A program made the position numbers and the translations under genes. The notes beneath the pieces were generated by a model that had not been told where the DNA came from, searched no databases, and worked only from the letters and a program-made list of their open reading frames with translations. Below, piece by piece: positions 49,232-58,449 of a stretch of 64,000 nt of DNA (the stretch's first letter is position 1; each line of letters starts with the position of its first letter). This DNA comes from Alkalispirochaeta sp. (lineage in GTDB: Bacteria; Spirochaetota; Spirochaetia; DSM-27196; Alkalispirochaetaceae): the NCBI GenBank assembly GCA_965242725.1, contig CBDESZ010000003.1, forward strand, positions 64,001-128,000. Direction: 5' to 3'.

Positions 49232-50755
49232 ATGACAGTTCTTGAAACACGACATATCGTCAAGCGATTCCCAAAGGTTCTCGCCAATGACGATATCAAT
49301 ATATCCCTCCAAGAGGGTGAGATACTTTGTCTGCTCGGTGAAAATGGCGCGGGAAAGAGTACCCTCATGAACGTGCTGTACGGTCTGTACAAGCCGACGG
49401 CGGGGCAGATCGTCCTGAACGGTTCCGCCGTTGAGTTTTCTTCTCCCAGGGACGCCATCGATCAGGGACTCGGAATGGTGCATCAGCACTTTATGCTTGT
49501 GGAGACGCTGACCGTCACGGAGAATATCATTCTCGGCGCGGAGCCCGGTGCGGGTCCGCAAATCGACTACAAAGCCGCCCGGAAACAGGTGAAAGAGCTC
49601 AGCGAGCGTCACGGACTCAGGATAGATCCCGATGAAAAGATCATGAACCTCTCCGTGGGACTGCAGCAGCGGGTGGAGATTCTCAAGGCCCTCTATCGTC
49701 AGGCAAAGATTCTCATTCTCGACGAACCGACCGCGGTATTGACGCCCCAGGAGGTGGAAGAGCTCTTTACCGTTATTCGGGGTCTCCGGGAAAACGGAGT
49801 TTCGATTATAATCATCACCCACAAACTGGAAGAGGTGAAGGAAATCTCCGATCGCGTCTATATCCTCAGGCGCGGACGGATAGAAGGGGAACGGCGCACC
49901 GCGGACGTCACCAAGGAAGAGCTTGCCAATCTAATGGTTGGACGTGACGTGGTGCTCACCGTGGAGCGGACAAAGAGGTCTGTTGCGGGAGATCCCGTCT
50001 TCTCCATAGACAATCTGGTAGTACGGGACGATCGCGGCGTGAATGCAGTAGACGGCCTTTCTCTTGAAGTACGGCCCGGTGAGATCGTCGGTATAGCCGG
50101 GGTCGACGGAAACGGTCAGTCCGAACTCGCCGATGTAATCATGGGTTTGAGAAAAGCAACCGCCGGCGTGCTCCGGCACCGCGGGACCGACATCGCGGGA
50201 CTTACCACAAAGGAGCGAATTCACCGAAAAATCAGCTACGTTCCCGCCGACCGACATAGGTACGGGCTGGTGCTTCCCTTTACCGTTGCAGAAAACATCG
50301 CCATCGGCTATCACGACCGGCCGCCCAACGCGCGCTACAAAGGCTGGTCCCTCGATTACGGGGCGATAAACGAGCATGCAGAGTCGCTTATCGGCGATTT
50401 CGATATCCGTACATCGGGACCGTCCGCCGCGGCGGGGACGCTGTCGGGGGGAAATCAGCAGAAGGTCATCCTCGCCCGAGAGTTGACGAGGGACCCCAAT
50501 TTTCTGCTTGTGAACCAGCCGACCCGCGGTCTTGACGTAGGCGCGATCGAGTACATTCATTCCCAGATTCTCGCGATGCGTGACAAGGACGTGGGAATTC
50601 TGCTCATATCCCTTGAGCTTGAGGAGATTTTCGCCCTGGCGGATCGGGTACTCGTCATCTACGAGGGAGCAATCGTGCGGGAGTTTGCTACGGAAGAGAC
50701 CGACGAACGGGAAGTCGGGTTTTACATGACCGGTGGAAAGGAGCGTGCATCATGA
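49232..50755 (+). CDS. Nucleoside/simple-sugar (CUT2) ABC ATPase, NupO/YufO-like
   Basis: GENGAGKS, 'GMVHQHFML', 'LDEPTAVLTPQE', 'GVDGNGQ', LSGGNQQK, 'QPTRGLDVGA'. GAGGAGG RBS. Confidence 0.92.
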   Translation: MTVLETRHIVKRFPKVLANDDINISLQEGEILCLLGENGAGKSTLMNVLYGLYKPTAGQIVLNGSAVEFSSPRDAIDQGLGMVHQHFMLVETLTVTENIILGAEPGAGPQIDYKAARKQVKELSERHGLRIDPDEKIMNLSVGLQQRVEILKALYRQAKILILDEPTAVLTPQEVEELFTVIRGLRENGVSIIIITHKLEEVKEISDRVYILRRGRIEGERRTADVTKEELANLMVGRDVVLTVERTKRSVAGDPVFSIDNLVVRDDRGVNAVDGLSLEVRPGEIVGIAGVDGNGQSELADVIMGLRKATAGVLRHRGTDIAGLTTKERIHRKISYVPADRHRYGLVLPFTVAENIAIGYHDRPPNARYKGWSLDYGAINEHAESLIGDFDIRTSGPSAAAGTLSGGNQQKVILARELTRDPNFLLVNQPTRGLDVGAIEYIHSQILAMRDKDVGILLISLELEEIFALADRVLVIYEGAIVREFATEETDEREVGFYMTGGKERAS

Positions 50756-52071
50756 GTGAAGGACGAACTTCCGCGACCGCCCGCACGGTACCCCGTCTTC
50801 TGTTGGCTGCAACTGTACTGCTCGGCGCAGCGGGTACCGTGTTGTGGCTGGGCGCCGCGATGAGCCGCAATGAGACCTCCTATTTCTGGGGTATCTGGCT
50901 TCTCGTTGCAGCCGTTGTGGTATATCTCGCCCGGGTGTACGTGCTTTCCGGACGCGGTGCTGTCGTTGAAATTATCCGGCGAAGCGCCCGGAAAATGGTT
51001 GTACCAGTGCTGGGTGTCGTGATTGCGATACTCATCGGTGGAATTCTCATGCTGGTCACGGGCTACGACCCGGTGAAAGCGTACAGCGCGCTCTTCTTCG
51101 GCGGCCTTGTACGCAACTGGCATATTTCGGTGCTCAACGCGGCGCCGCTGATTTTTACGGCCCTCTCGGTAGCCTTTGCCTTCAAGGCGGGACTCTTTAA
51201 TATCGGTGCGGAAGGACAGTATTACCTCGGTGCCATGGCCGCAACGTGGCTCAGCCTCCGGCTGGCATTACCCGGCGTGGTGAGCATCCCCCTGGTTTTT
51301 GTCTTTGCCGGATTGCTTGGTGCCGCCTGGACGATCATCCCGGCCTATCTCAAGGTGCGTACCGGGGCGCATGAGGTCATTACGACGATGATGCTTGCCC
51401 ATACGGCGCGCTATCTTTCTCCGATTTTCATTCGCGCCAACGGCGGAGATCCCGCCACCAGCACGCACCCCTATGTCACGAATACCCTTCCCGAGGCGAC
51501 GTGGCTTCCCCGTTTTCAGCAGTTTCTTCCCGATGCAAACTATCGGGTGCACACGGGTATACTCCTGGCGATCGTGGTCGCCCTGGTCATTCACTACATC
51601 CTTTATCACACAACGGTGGGATTTGAAATTCGAGCGGTCGGCGAAAACAAGGACGCCGCCCGGGCACAGGGCATTTCTGTAGGGAAGAACATCTTTCGGG
51701 CGCTCCTGATTGCCGGTTTTCTCGCCGGACTGGCGGGGTTCAATCAGGTCAACGGTCTGGACCACCGATTGTTTGAAAACCTTCAGGCCGGTTACGGTTG
51801 GAACGGCATTTCCGTCGCCCTTCTCGCAGGGGGCAACCCCATCGGCGTCGTCTTCACCGGTATTCTCTGGGGTATTCTCGATGCGGGAGGACAATTCATG
51901 GCCCGGACAACGCAGACACCGAGTGCCATCGTGGAAATAGTAAAAGGCACGGTCCTCTTCCTCGTCGTCGCCCGGTACATTTATACAGCCATCGGCAACT
52001 GGCGACGAAAGAAGAAACTGCGACGTGATGCGGAGAGTTCCTTCTCCGCCGCAACCGAGGGAGGGGCCTGA
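50752..52071 (+). CDS. Nucleoside ABC permease 1
   Basis: 'GLFNIGAEGQ', 'GAHEVITTMML', 'GFEIRAVGEN', 'GYGWNGISVALL'. Confidence 0.9.
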   Translation: MSEGRTSATARTVPRLLLAATVLLGAAGTVLWLGAAMSRNETSYFWGIWLLVAAVVVYLARVYVLSGRGAVVEIIRRSARKMVVPVLGVVIAILIGGILMLVTGYDPVKAYSALFFGGLVRNWHISVLNAAPLIFTALSVAFAFKAGLFNIGAEGQYYLGAMAATWLSLRLALPGVVSIPLVFVFAGLLGAAWTIIPAYLKVRTGAHEVITTMMLAHTARYLSPIFIRANGGDPATSTHPYVTNTLPEATWLPRFQQFLPDANYRVHTGILLAIVVALVIHYILYHTTVGFEIRAVGENKDAARAQGISVGKNIFRALLIAGFLAGLAGFNQVNGLDHRLFENLQAGYGWNGISVALLAGGNPIGVVFTGILWGILDAGGQFMARTTQTPSAIVEIVKGTVLFLVVARYIYTAIGNWRRKKKLRRDAESSFSAATEGGA

Positions 52072-52072
52072 A

Positions 52073-53023
52073 ATGTTTGACTATGACTTTGTCGTAAACT
52101 TGCTTGCCGCAATGATTCGAAACGCCACCCCCATCGCTCTTGCCGCAATCGGTGCCGTCGTGTGTGAGCGATCGGGGATCGTAAATATCGCCATGGAAGG
52201 GATCATGACCGTTGGTGCCTTCGTCGCGGCGATCGTCGCGGGAGCGACGGGAAATCCCTGGATCGGACTCGTGGCGGCGATATTCTTCGGGGGGATGTTC
52301 AGCCTTCTTCACGCGGTCGCCACGGTAAGCCTCCATTTGGACCATGTGGTCAGCGGGGCGGTCCTCAACGTGCTTGCGCTGGGGATTACCGCATATCTTA
52401 TGATTCTCATTGTAGGCCATCCCGGCACGACCGATTCGATCCCGAACAGCCTCGGCGACTTGCGCTGGGCGATTCCCGTCCTGTCCGGCATTCCCGTCCT
52501 TGGACGGATGTTTTTCGATCAGACGCCGATCGTCTACTTCAGTTTCATTCTGATCGCCTTTTTCACCTGGTTTCTCTCCCGGACCAAGCTGGGGCTGCAC
52601 GTTCGTGCAGCCGGGGAACACCCCCTTGCCCTGGAGACGATCGGTGTGTCGGTCTACAAGATGCGGTACTTCGGCGTCCTCGTCAGCGGACTGGTCGGCG
52701 GAATGGCCGGCGCCTATCTCTCAATTGAGGGCAACGTCAGCTTTACCGAAGGCATGACGGGGGGACGCGGATTCATCGCCATGGCGGCGATGATATCTGG
52801 AGGATGGCATCCGGTCGGTGCCTTTATCGCGGCGCTCTTCTTCGGATTTGCCGATGCCCTCCAGGTCCGGCTTCAGGTCTTTGAAGTCGCCAATGTGCCC
52901 GAGGAGATTTTTATCATCCTGCCCTACGTTCTCACGGTAGTTGCCGTGGCGGGACTCGTGCGCCGCAGCCGGCCGCCCAAAGCGGTAGGTACCGATTTTA
53001 TGATTGAACGGAACGAAGAGTGA
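52073..53023 (+). CDS. Nucleoside ABC permease 2
   Basis: 'ERSGIVNIAMEG', 'RAAGEHP', 'GRGFIAMAA', 'LPYVLT'. Confidence 0.9.
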   Translation: MFDYDFVVNLLAAMIRNATPIALAAIGAVVCERSGIVNIAMEGIMTVGAFVAAIVAGATGNPWIGLVAAIFFGGMFSLLHAVATVSLHLDHVVSGAVLNVLALGITAYLMILIVGHPGTTDSIPNSLGDLRWAIPVLSGIPVLGRMFFDQTPIVYFSFILIAFFTWFLSRTKLGLHVRAAGEHPLALETIGVSVYKMRYFGVLVSGLVGGMAGAYLSIEGNVSFTEGMTGGRGFIAMAAMISGGWHPVGAFIAALFFGFADALQVRLQVFEVANVPEEIFIILPYVLTVVAVAGLVRRSRPPKAVGTDFMIERNEE

Positions 53024-53092
53024 CGGGCGTCGACGGCCTTCCGGTCGTCGGTCCGCCGACCGAGCAATTCGCCGAAAAAGACTTTTCCGTGA

Positions 53093-53121
53093 TTGTGTAG
53101 TGATTCCACGGGGTGTATACT
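53093..53121 (+). promoter_or_regulatory. Internal sigma70 promoter for the BMP gene
   Basis: TTGTGT, 17 nt spacer, TATACT. AGGAGG RBS before ATG 53164. Confidence 0.55.
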
Positions 53122-53163
53122 GACACTCCAAATTCTGATACATCCCAAAAGGAGGGATTGGTT

Positions 53164-54246
53164 ATGAAGAAATACTCAGGTGTACTCCTTGTACTCGTCG
53201 CAGTTCTGGCACTTGTCTTCGTCGGGTGCAGCCGTGATGAGGCTCCCGCGTCTGACGCTGCCGAAGCCGCTCCTGCGGAGGAAGCTGAACCGATGATCGC
53301 CGCCATGGCTACCGACGTCGGTGGTCTCGGTGACAAGAGCTTTAACGACGGCGCATACGCCGGTCTTGAAATGGGTGCGGAGCTCGGTTTTGAGGCGCGT
53401 GTCGTCGAGTCCAACCAGCAGACCGACTACATTCCCAACCTGACCGGCCTTGCCGAAGACGGTGCGGACATCGTCTTTGCCGTTGGATTCCTCATGGAAG
53501 AGGCGGTCAAGGAAGCGGCCCGGATGAATCCCGACACCTACTTCGGCGGCATCGATATCGGCGGGGACCCGGACATTCCCAACCTGCAGGGCATTCTCTA
53601 TCAGGAAGAGCAGAGTGGATTTCTCGCCGGCGTGGTTGCAGGACACATGACCGCGGAATACTCCGATGCGTCTCCCAAACTCAATCCGGATCCCATCGTC
53701 GGTGTCGTTCTCGGTATGTTCATTCCGCCGGTCGAGCGCTTTGAGGTCGGGTTTATCCAGGGTGTGAAATATGCAAATCCCGATGTCCGGGTGCTTTCCG
53801 TTACGGCCGGTGACTTCACCGATCAGGCCCGTGGCCGTGAAGCAGCCGTTGCAATGATCGAGCAGGGCGCGGATATCGTCTTCCACGCCGCCGGTCTGAC
53901 CGGTCTCGGTGCAATTCAGGCGGCCCGTGAAAACGGCGCACTCGCAATCGGTGTAGACGTCGACCAGAACAGTGTCGCTCCCGACACCGTTCTAACAAGC
54001 GCCATCAAGAAGATACCCGAATCGGTGTATGTCGTTCTTGAAAGCGTTGCAAACGGTACCTTTGAAGGCGGAACACACGCATACGGTCTCGCGGAGGATG
54101 CCACCGGCATCGCTCCCTTCCACGGGTTCGACAGTGTTGTTCCCCAGGCCGTGAAGGATGCGGTTGCGGATGCCCGGGCACAAATCCTCTCCGGAGAGAT
54201 AGAAGTCGCCAAGACCCGCGCCGAAATCGCAGATCTCATCGACTGA
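53164..54246 (+). CDS. BMP/PnrA-family purine-nucleoside-binding lipoprotein
   Basis: Lipobox 'FVGC', 'DVGGLGDKSFN', 'GFLAGVVA', 'GADIVFHAAG', 'AIGVDVDQ', 'LTSAIK'. Confidence 0.92.
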   Translation: MKKYSGVLLVLVAVLALVFVGCSRDEAPASDAAEAAPAEEAEPMIAAMATDVGGLGDKSFNDGAYAGLEMGAELGFEARVVESNQQTDYIPNLTGLAEDGADIVFAVGFLMEEAVKEAARMNPDTYFGGIDIGGDPDIPNLQGILYQEEQSGFLAGVVAGHMTAEYSDASPKLNPDPIVGVVLGMFIPPVERFEVGFIQGVKYANPDVRVLSVTAGDFTDQARGREAAVAMIEQGADIVFHAAGLTGLGAIQAARENGALAIGVDVDQNSVAPDTVLTSAIKKIPESVYVVLESVANGTFEGGTHAYGLAEDATGIAPFHGFDSVVPQAVKDAVADARAQILSGEIEVAKTRAEIADLID

Positions 54247-54336
54247 TCGCGGCTGTCTCCGCTGCGGTACTTCGTGTACCGGCGGGGTGGATGAACTGCG
54301 CCTCGATGAGTCGCAGTCTCCGTGATACACTGCAAG

Positions 54337-54366
54337 CCGGGTGGTATTCGTACCGCCCGGTTTTTT
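54337..54366 (+). terminator. Intrinsic terminator
   Basis: CCGGGTGGTA-TTCG-TACCGCCCGG followed by TTTTTT. Confidence 0.8.
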
Positions 54367-54415
54367 ATTGCCCCGCCGGCGAACGACGGGGGACTGACAA
54401 ACTCAGGAGTGCATT

Positions 54416-55237
54416 ATGGATAATCGAATGACCGCGGTCCGAAAGGCCGTTGAATATATTTCGTCCAGAACGTCCTTTCGACCTGAAATTGGGTTGATAC
54501 TCGGCAGCGGGCTCGGCGTTCTCGGCGACGATATACCCGACGCGGATACAATCGACTACGCGGATATTCCCGGATTTCCGGTAAGTACCGTGGAAGGCCA
54601 CGCGGGACGTCTCGTCTTCGGCGAGTTGGGCGGCAAACGGGTCGTTATCATGCAGGGACGATTTCACTATTACGAGGGCTACACCATGGACGAGGTGGTC
54701 TTTCCCGTCCGGGTGATGAAGCTCCTGGGTGTCGGGACGATGGTGGTGACCAACGCCGCCGGCGGCGTCAATACTGCCTTTGCCCCCGGGGACCTGATGA
54801 TCATAACCGACCACATAAAGCTCTTCACCGACAGCCCTCTGCGGGGACACAACATCGATGAGCTGGGGCCGCGATTCAACGATATGAGTACCGCCTACAC
54901 ACCGGAGTTGCGGAGCATCGCCCTCGAAACGGCGCGACGAATCGGAATCGACGTACGTCAGGGAGTGTACGCCCACATGGCGGGACCGAGTTTCGAGACG
55001 CCCGCTGAAATCCGCATGCTTCGCACCCTGGGGGCCGACGCGGTGGGCATGTCCACCGTGCCGGAAGTAATCGCAGCGGCTCACGCCTCGATGAAGGTCC
55101 TCGGCATCAGTGCAATAAGCAACATGGCCGCAGGGATTCTCGATCAGCCTCTCAACCATGCGGAGGTGATGGAGACGGGACGGATGGTTCGCGACAAGTT
55201 TGCGGGCCTGGTACAGGCGATCGTGGAGGCGCTGTAA
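54416..55237 (+). CDS. punA: Purine-nucleoside phosphorylase (trimeric type)
   Basis: 'ILGSGLG', 'STVEGHAG', 'QGRFHYYEGY', 'TNAAGG', 'GPSFETPAE', 'DAVGMSTVPE', 'NMAAG'. Confidence 0.92.
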   Translation: MDNRMTAVRKAVEYISSRTSFRPEIGLILGSGLGVLGDDIPDADTIDYADIPGFPVSTVEGHAGRLVFGELGGKRVVIMQGRFHYYEGYTMDEVVFPVRVMKLLGVGTMVVTNAAGGVNTAFAPGDLMIITDHIKLFTDSPLRGHNIDELGPRFNDMSTAYTPELRSIALETARRIGIDVRQGVYAHMAGPSFETPAEIRMLRTLGADAVGMSTVPEVIAAAHASMKVLGISAISNMAAGILDQPLNHAEVMETGRMVRDKFAGLVQAIVEAL

Positions 55238-55239
55238 CC

Positions 55240-56577
55240 ATGTCCGAAAACAATGCAATGCCCGCCAACATCCTTGTCGACCCCGGCCTTGCCGGGGAGG
55301 GAAACAGAAAGATCGAGTGGGTACGGCGAAACATGCCCATCCTTCGTGGCCTGGAAGAGCGCTTTCGGGCGGAACAGCCCTTCCGGGGACTGCGAGCGGC
55401 GGTAAGTGTTCACCTGGAGGCAAAGACGGCCTACCTTGCCCTCGTCCTCGCCGCCGGCGGGGCGGAAGTCTCCGTAACCGGAAGCAACCCCCTCTCCACA
55501 AAGGACGACGTCGTCGCGGCCCTCGCGGAACGGGGGCTCCATGTATACGCGGTCCACGGTGCGGATCAGGCGGAGTTCCATCGCCATCAGCAGACCGCCC
55601 TTCACATCAGACCGCATATCGTCATTGACGACGGCGGCGATCTCGTCCACCACCTTCATGAAGGGGCCACCGCGCACGCGACGGACGTCATCGGGGCGTG
55701 TGAAGAGACCACCGCCGGCGTGCTCAGAAACAACGCGCGTGCGGCGGCGGGCAAGCTCACGTTTCCCGTCATCGCCGTCAACGACGCCTACATGAAACAC
55801 CTCTTCGACAATCGGTACGGCACGGGACAGAGTACGATGGACGCCATCATGCGCACCACCAACCTTCTCGTCACGGGAACGACCGTCGTCGTCGCCGGGT
55901 ACGGCTGGTGCGGTCGCGGTATCGCCAGAAGTGCCGCCGGACTGGGAGCGCGGGTCATCGTCTGCGAAGTGGATGAAATCAAGGCACTCGAAGCGGTCAT
56001 GGACGGATACGCCGTCATGCCCATGGCCGACGCCGCCTCCCGGGGTGACTATTTCATCACAACCACCGGCGTGAAAGATATCATCACGGTGAATCACATG
56101 ACGAAGATGAAAGACGGAGCTGTTCTCGCGAATGCGGGACACTTTTACGACGAAATCGATCTGGATGATCTGGCCGCCGTCGCGATCGAAAAAACCGCGG
56201 TACGGGAAAACCTCACCTCCTACCGGCTGAGTGGGCGCTCCGGGGCCGTCGCAGGCGCCTCCGACAAATGGATCAATGTCATTGCCGACGGGAAAATAGT
56301 GAACATCTCCGCCGCCGACGGCCACCCGGCTGAAATCATGGACACCAGCTTCGCCGTCCAGGCGTTGAGCGCGGAATACCTCGCCCGGAGCGCCCGCACT
56401 GATCGCGATTCCGGCGCCACCGGCGCCGCCGCCGGGTTATCGCTGCCGTCGGAGGTCATCCCCGTACCCCGGGAGATCGACTACGCCGTTGCCCGACTGC
56501 GTCTGGAAGCAATAGGCGTGTGTCACGACCATCTCACCGATGAGCAGGAGGCGTATCTTCGGGACTTTGAGAAGTAG
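55240..56577 (+). CDS. ahcY: Adenosylhomocysteinase family (archaeal/Thermotoga-like type; possibly S-inosylhomocysteine-preferring)
   Basis: 'HLEAKT', 'SNPLST', 'DDGGDL', 'EETT', 'KHLFDNRYGTGQS', 'GYGWCGRG', 'NAGHF', 'GHPAEIMD.SF'. Confidence 0.92.
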   Translation: MSENNAMPANILVDPGLAGEGNRKIEWVRRNMPILRGLEERFRAEQPFRGLRAAVSVHLEAKTAYLALVLAAGGAEVSVTGSNPLSTKDDVVAALAERGLHVYAVHGADQAEFHRHQQTALHIRPHIVIDDGGDLVHHLHEGATAHATDVIGACEETTAGVLRNNARAAAGKLTFPVIAVNDAYMKHLFDNRYGTGQSTMDAIMRTTNLLVTGTTVVVAGYGWCGRGIARSAAGLGARVIVCEVDEIKALEAVMDGYAVMPMADAASRGDYFITTTGVKDIITVNHMTKMKDGAVLANAGHFYDEIDLDDLAAVAIEKTAVRENLTSYRLSGRSGAVAGASDKWINVIADGKIVNISAADGHPAEIMDTSFAVQALSAEYLARSARTDRDSGATGAAAGLSLPSEVIPVPREIDYAVARLRLEAIGVCHDHLTDEQEAYLRDFEK

Positions 56578-56756
56578 GGGAGGGGCGGCGCCTGGGTGCG
56601 AGAAAGCGGCGCCGAATTGCATGCAGGTCGTGCCCGGGTGCCGCGAAGGCCGCGTCCCACCGCCTGCGGGTGGTGCCGCCCGGTCCCTTCCTTACAAAAC
56701 TGTAATGATTCGGTAATCCTGCGGTAATCGCCGTTGGGTACTCCTCACAGATAGCC

Positions 56757-57686
56757 ATGGTACAGTTAGAAAACGTCACAAAACATTACGGAGACCTCCG
56801 CGCCCTCAAGGGCGTGAGTTTTTCAATTCCTCCCGGCGGGATCGTCGGACTTCTCGGACCCAACGGTGCCGGAAAGACGACGACGATGCGCATCATGACG
56901 GGGTACCTGGAACCCACCGCCGGCGAGGTCACCATCGCCGGGGTGCCCTTTACCCCCGATTCGGTGGAGCTCAAGCGCCTGATCGGATACCTCCCCGAGT
57001 CGGCGCCCTCATACGGGGACATGCTCGCCTGGGACTACCTCATGTACGAAGCGCGCCTCCACGGCATCGACGGACGGAAGCGTGTCCCGGAAGTCATTCG
57101 CGAAGTGGGACTCGGCGACCACGCCCACATGCCGATTCGGGAGCTCTCCAAGGGCTATCGCCAGCGCGTCGGCCTCGCCCACACGCTCATACACGACCCG
57201 GAAATCCTCGTCCTCGACGAGCCCACCAGCGGCCTCGACCCCAACCAGATTATCGAGGTTCGCGCCCTTATCCGCCGCATCGCCCGCACCAAGACGGTCA
57301 TCCTCTCCACCCACATCATGCAGGAGGTGGAGGCCCTCTGCAGCCGCGTCATCGTCATTCATGACGGAGCGATCCGCTATGACGGTTCCATCGACGACTT
57401 CTCCGGCGACCGGCGGCGTATCCGTCTTCTCCTTTCAAATATTGAACCGGAGGTTCTGCGGGAGCGCCTCTCCGTTCTGGAGGGTTTCAAGACGCTGCGC
57501 ATGGATGAGACTCGGGAGGACAACCTCACCGCCTGCGTCGTCGAATCCGAGGGGAGCGTCGATCTCCGCCCGGAGATCTTCCACCTCGCCGTAGAGATGG
57601 ACCTCACCCTCTATGAAATGGCGGAGGAACGGACATCCATGGAGGACATCTTTCATCAGCTTACCCGGGAGGCCATCAATGTCTGA
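56757..57686 (+). CDS. ABC ATPase, GldA-like
   Basis: GPNGAGKT, 'IGYLPE', 'LSKGYRQRVGLA', 'DEPTSGLDPNQI', 'LSTHIMQEV'. Confidence 0.88.
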   Translation: MVQLENVTKHYGDLRALKGVSFSIPPGGIVGLLGPNGAGKTTTMRIMTGYLEPTAGEVTIAGVPFTPDSVELKRLIGYLPESAPSYGDMLAWDYLMYEARLHGIDGRKRVPEVIREVGLGDHAHMPIRELSKGYRQRVGLAHTLIHDPEILVLDEPTSGLDPNQIIEVRALIRRIARTKTVILSTHIMQEVEALCSRVIVIHDGAIRYDGSIDDFSGDRRRIRLLLSNIEPEVLRERLSVLEGFKTLRMDETREDNLTACVVESEGSVDLRPEIFHLAVEMDLTLYEMAEERTSMEDIFHQLTREAINV

Positions 57687-58440
57687 TCGATCACCGCAAA
57701 ATGAATCGGCCGCCCTGACGTCATACAGGCGCGGCGGCACCGCAACTCTGGCGCTTATCCGTCGCGAGCTTGCCGGATACTTTCAGACGCCCGTAGCGTA
57801 TGTGGTGGGCGCTGTTTTCCTCGGTGTGACGGCGTCGCTCTTCTTTTCGGTCTTTTTTCTCTTTGAACGGGCCGAGCTGCGTCACTTCTTCGGCCTCCTG
57901 CCCATGCTCCTGGCGATCCTCATGCCCGCCCTCGCCATGAGGCTGGTGGCGGAAGAGCGTAGAAGGGGTACGTGGGAGATTCTCGCCACCCTCCCCATCG
58001 GAAACGGACATATCGTCGTCGCGAAGTTTGTCGCCCTGTGGATTACGGGACTTTTCCTGTTGGCGCCGACGCTCTTCTTTGCCCTGACGGTGACGGGATT
58101 CGGGGCGCTCGACCCCGGTCCCGTCGCGGGAGGCTACCTCGGGGCGATCCTGCTCATCGCGGTCTACGGTTCGGTCGGCCTCTTTGCGTCGGCGGTGGCC
58201 CGGAATGAGACGGTCGCCCTCGTCGTCGGACTGGTGATCGCCCTCTTTCTCGCCCTCCTTGAGAGTCTCGTCATCCTCATTCCCGGTGAGGCGGTCTCAC
58301 TGATCCAGTTCTTCAGTACGGGATACCACTTCTCCTCCTTCACCAGGGGTGTGGTTGATACGCGGTCGGTCGTCTATCTCGTGAGTGCAACGGTCTTTTT
58401 TCTCGTTCTCACCCATATGCAGCTTCAGCGCAGAAGATAG
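57679..58440 (+). CDS. ABC-2 permease, GldF-like
   Basis: 'RRELAGYFQTPVAY', 'PALAMRLVAEERRRGTWEIL.TLP', 'HFSSFTRGVVDTR'. Confidence 0.85.
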   Translation: MSDRSPQNESAALTSYRRGGTATLALIRRELAGYFQTPVAYVVGAVFLGVTASLFFSVFFLFERAELRHFFGLLPMLLAILMPALAMRLVAEERRRGTWEILATLPIGNGHIVVAKFVALWITGLFLLAPTLFFALTVTGFGALDPGPVAGGYLGAILLIAVYGSVGLFASAVARNETVALVVGLVIALFLALLESLVILIPGEAVSLIQFFSTGYHFSSFTRGVVDTRSVVYLVSATVFFLVLTHMQLQRRR

Positions 58441-58449
58441 GAGGCAACG

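Noticed and set aside
54247..54415. Known SAH or purine riboswitch
   Set aside because: I could not match the conserved cores by eye. An Rfam scan is needed to be sure.
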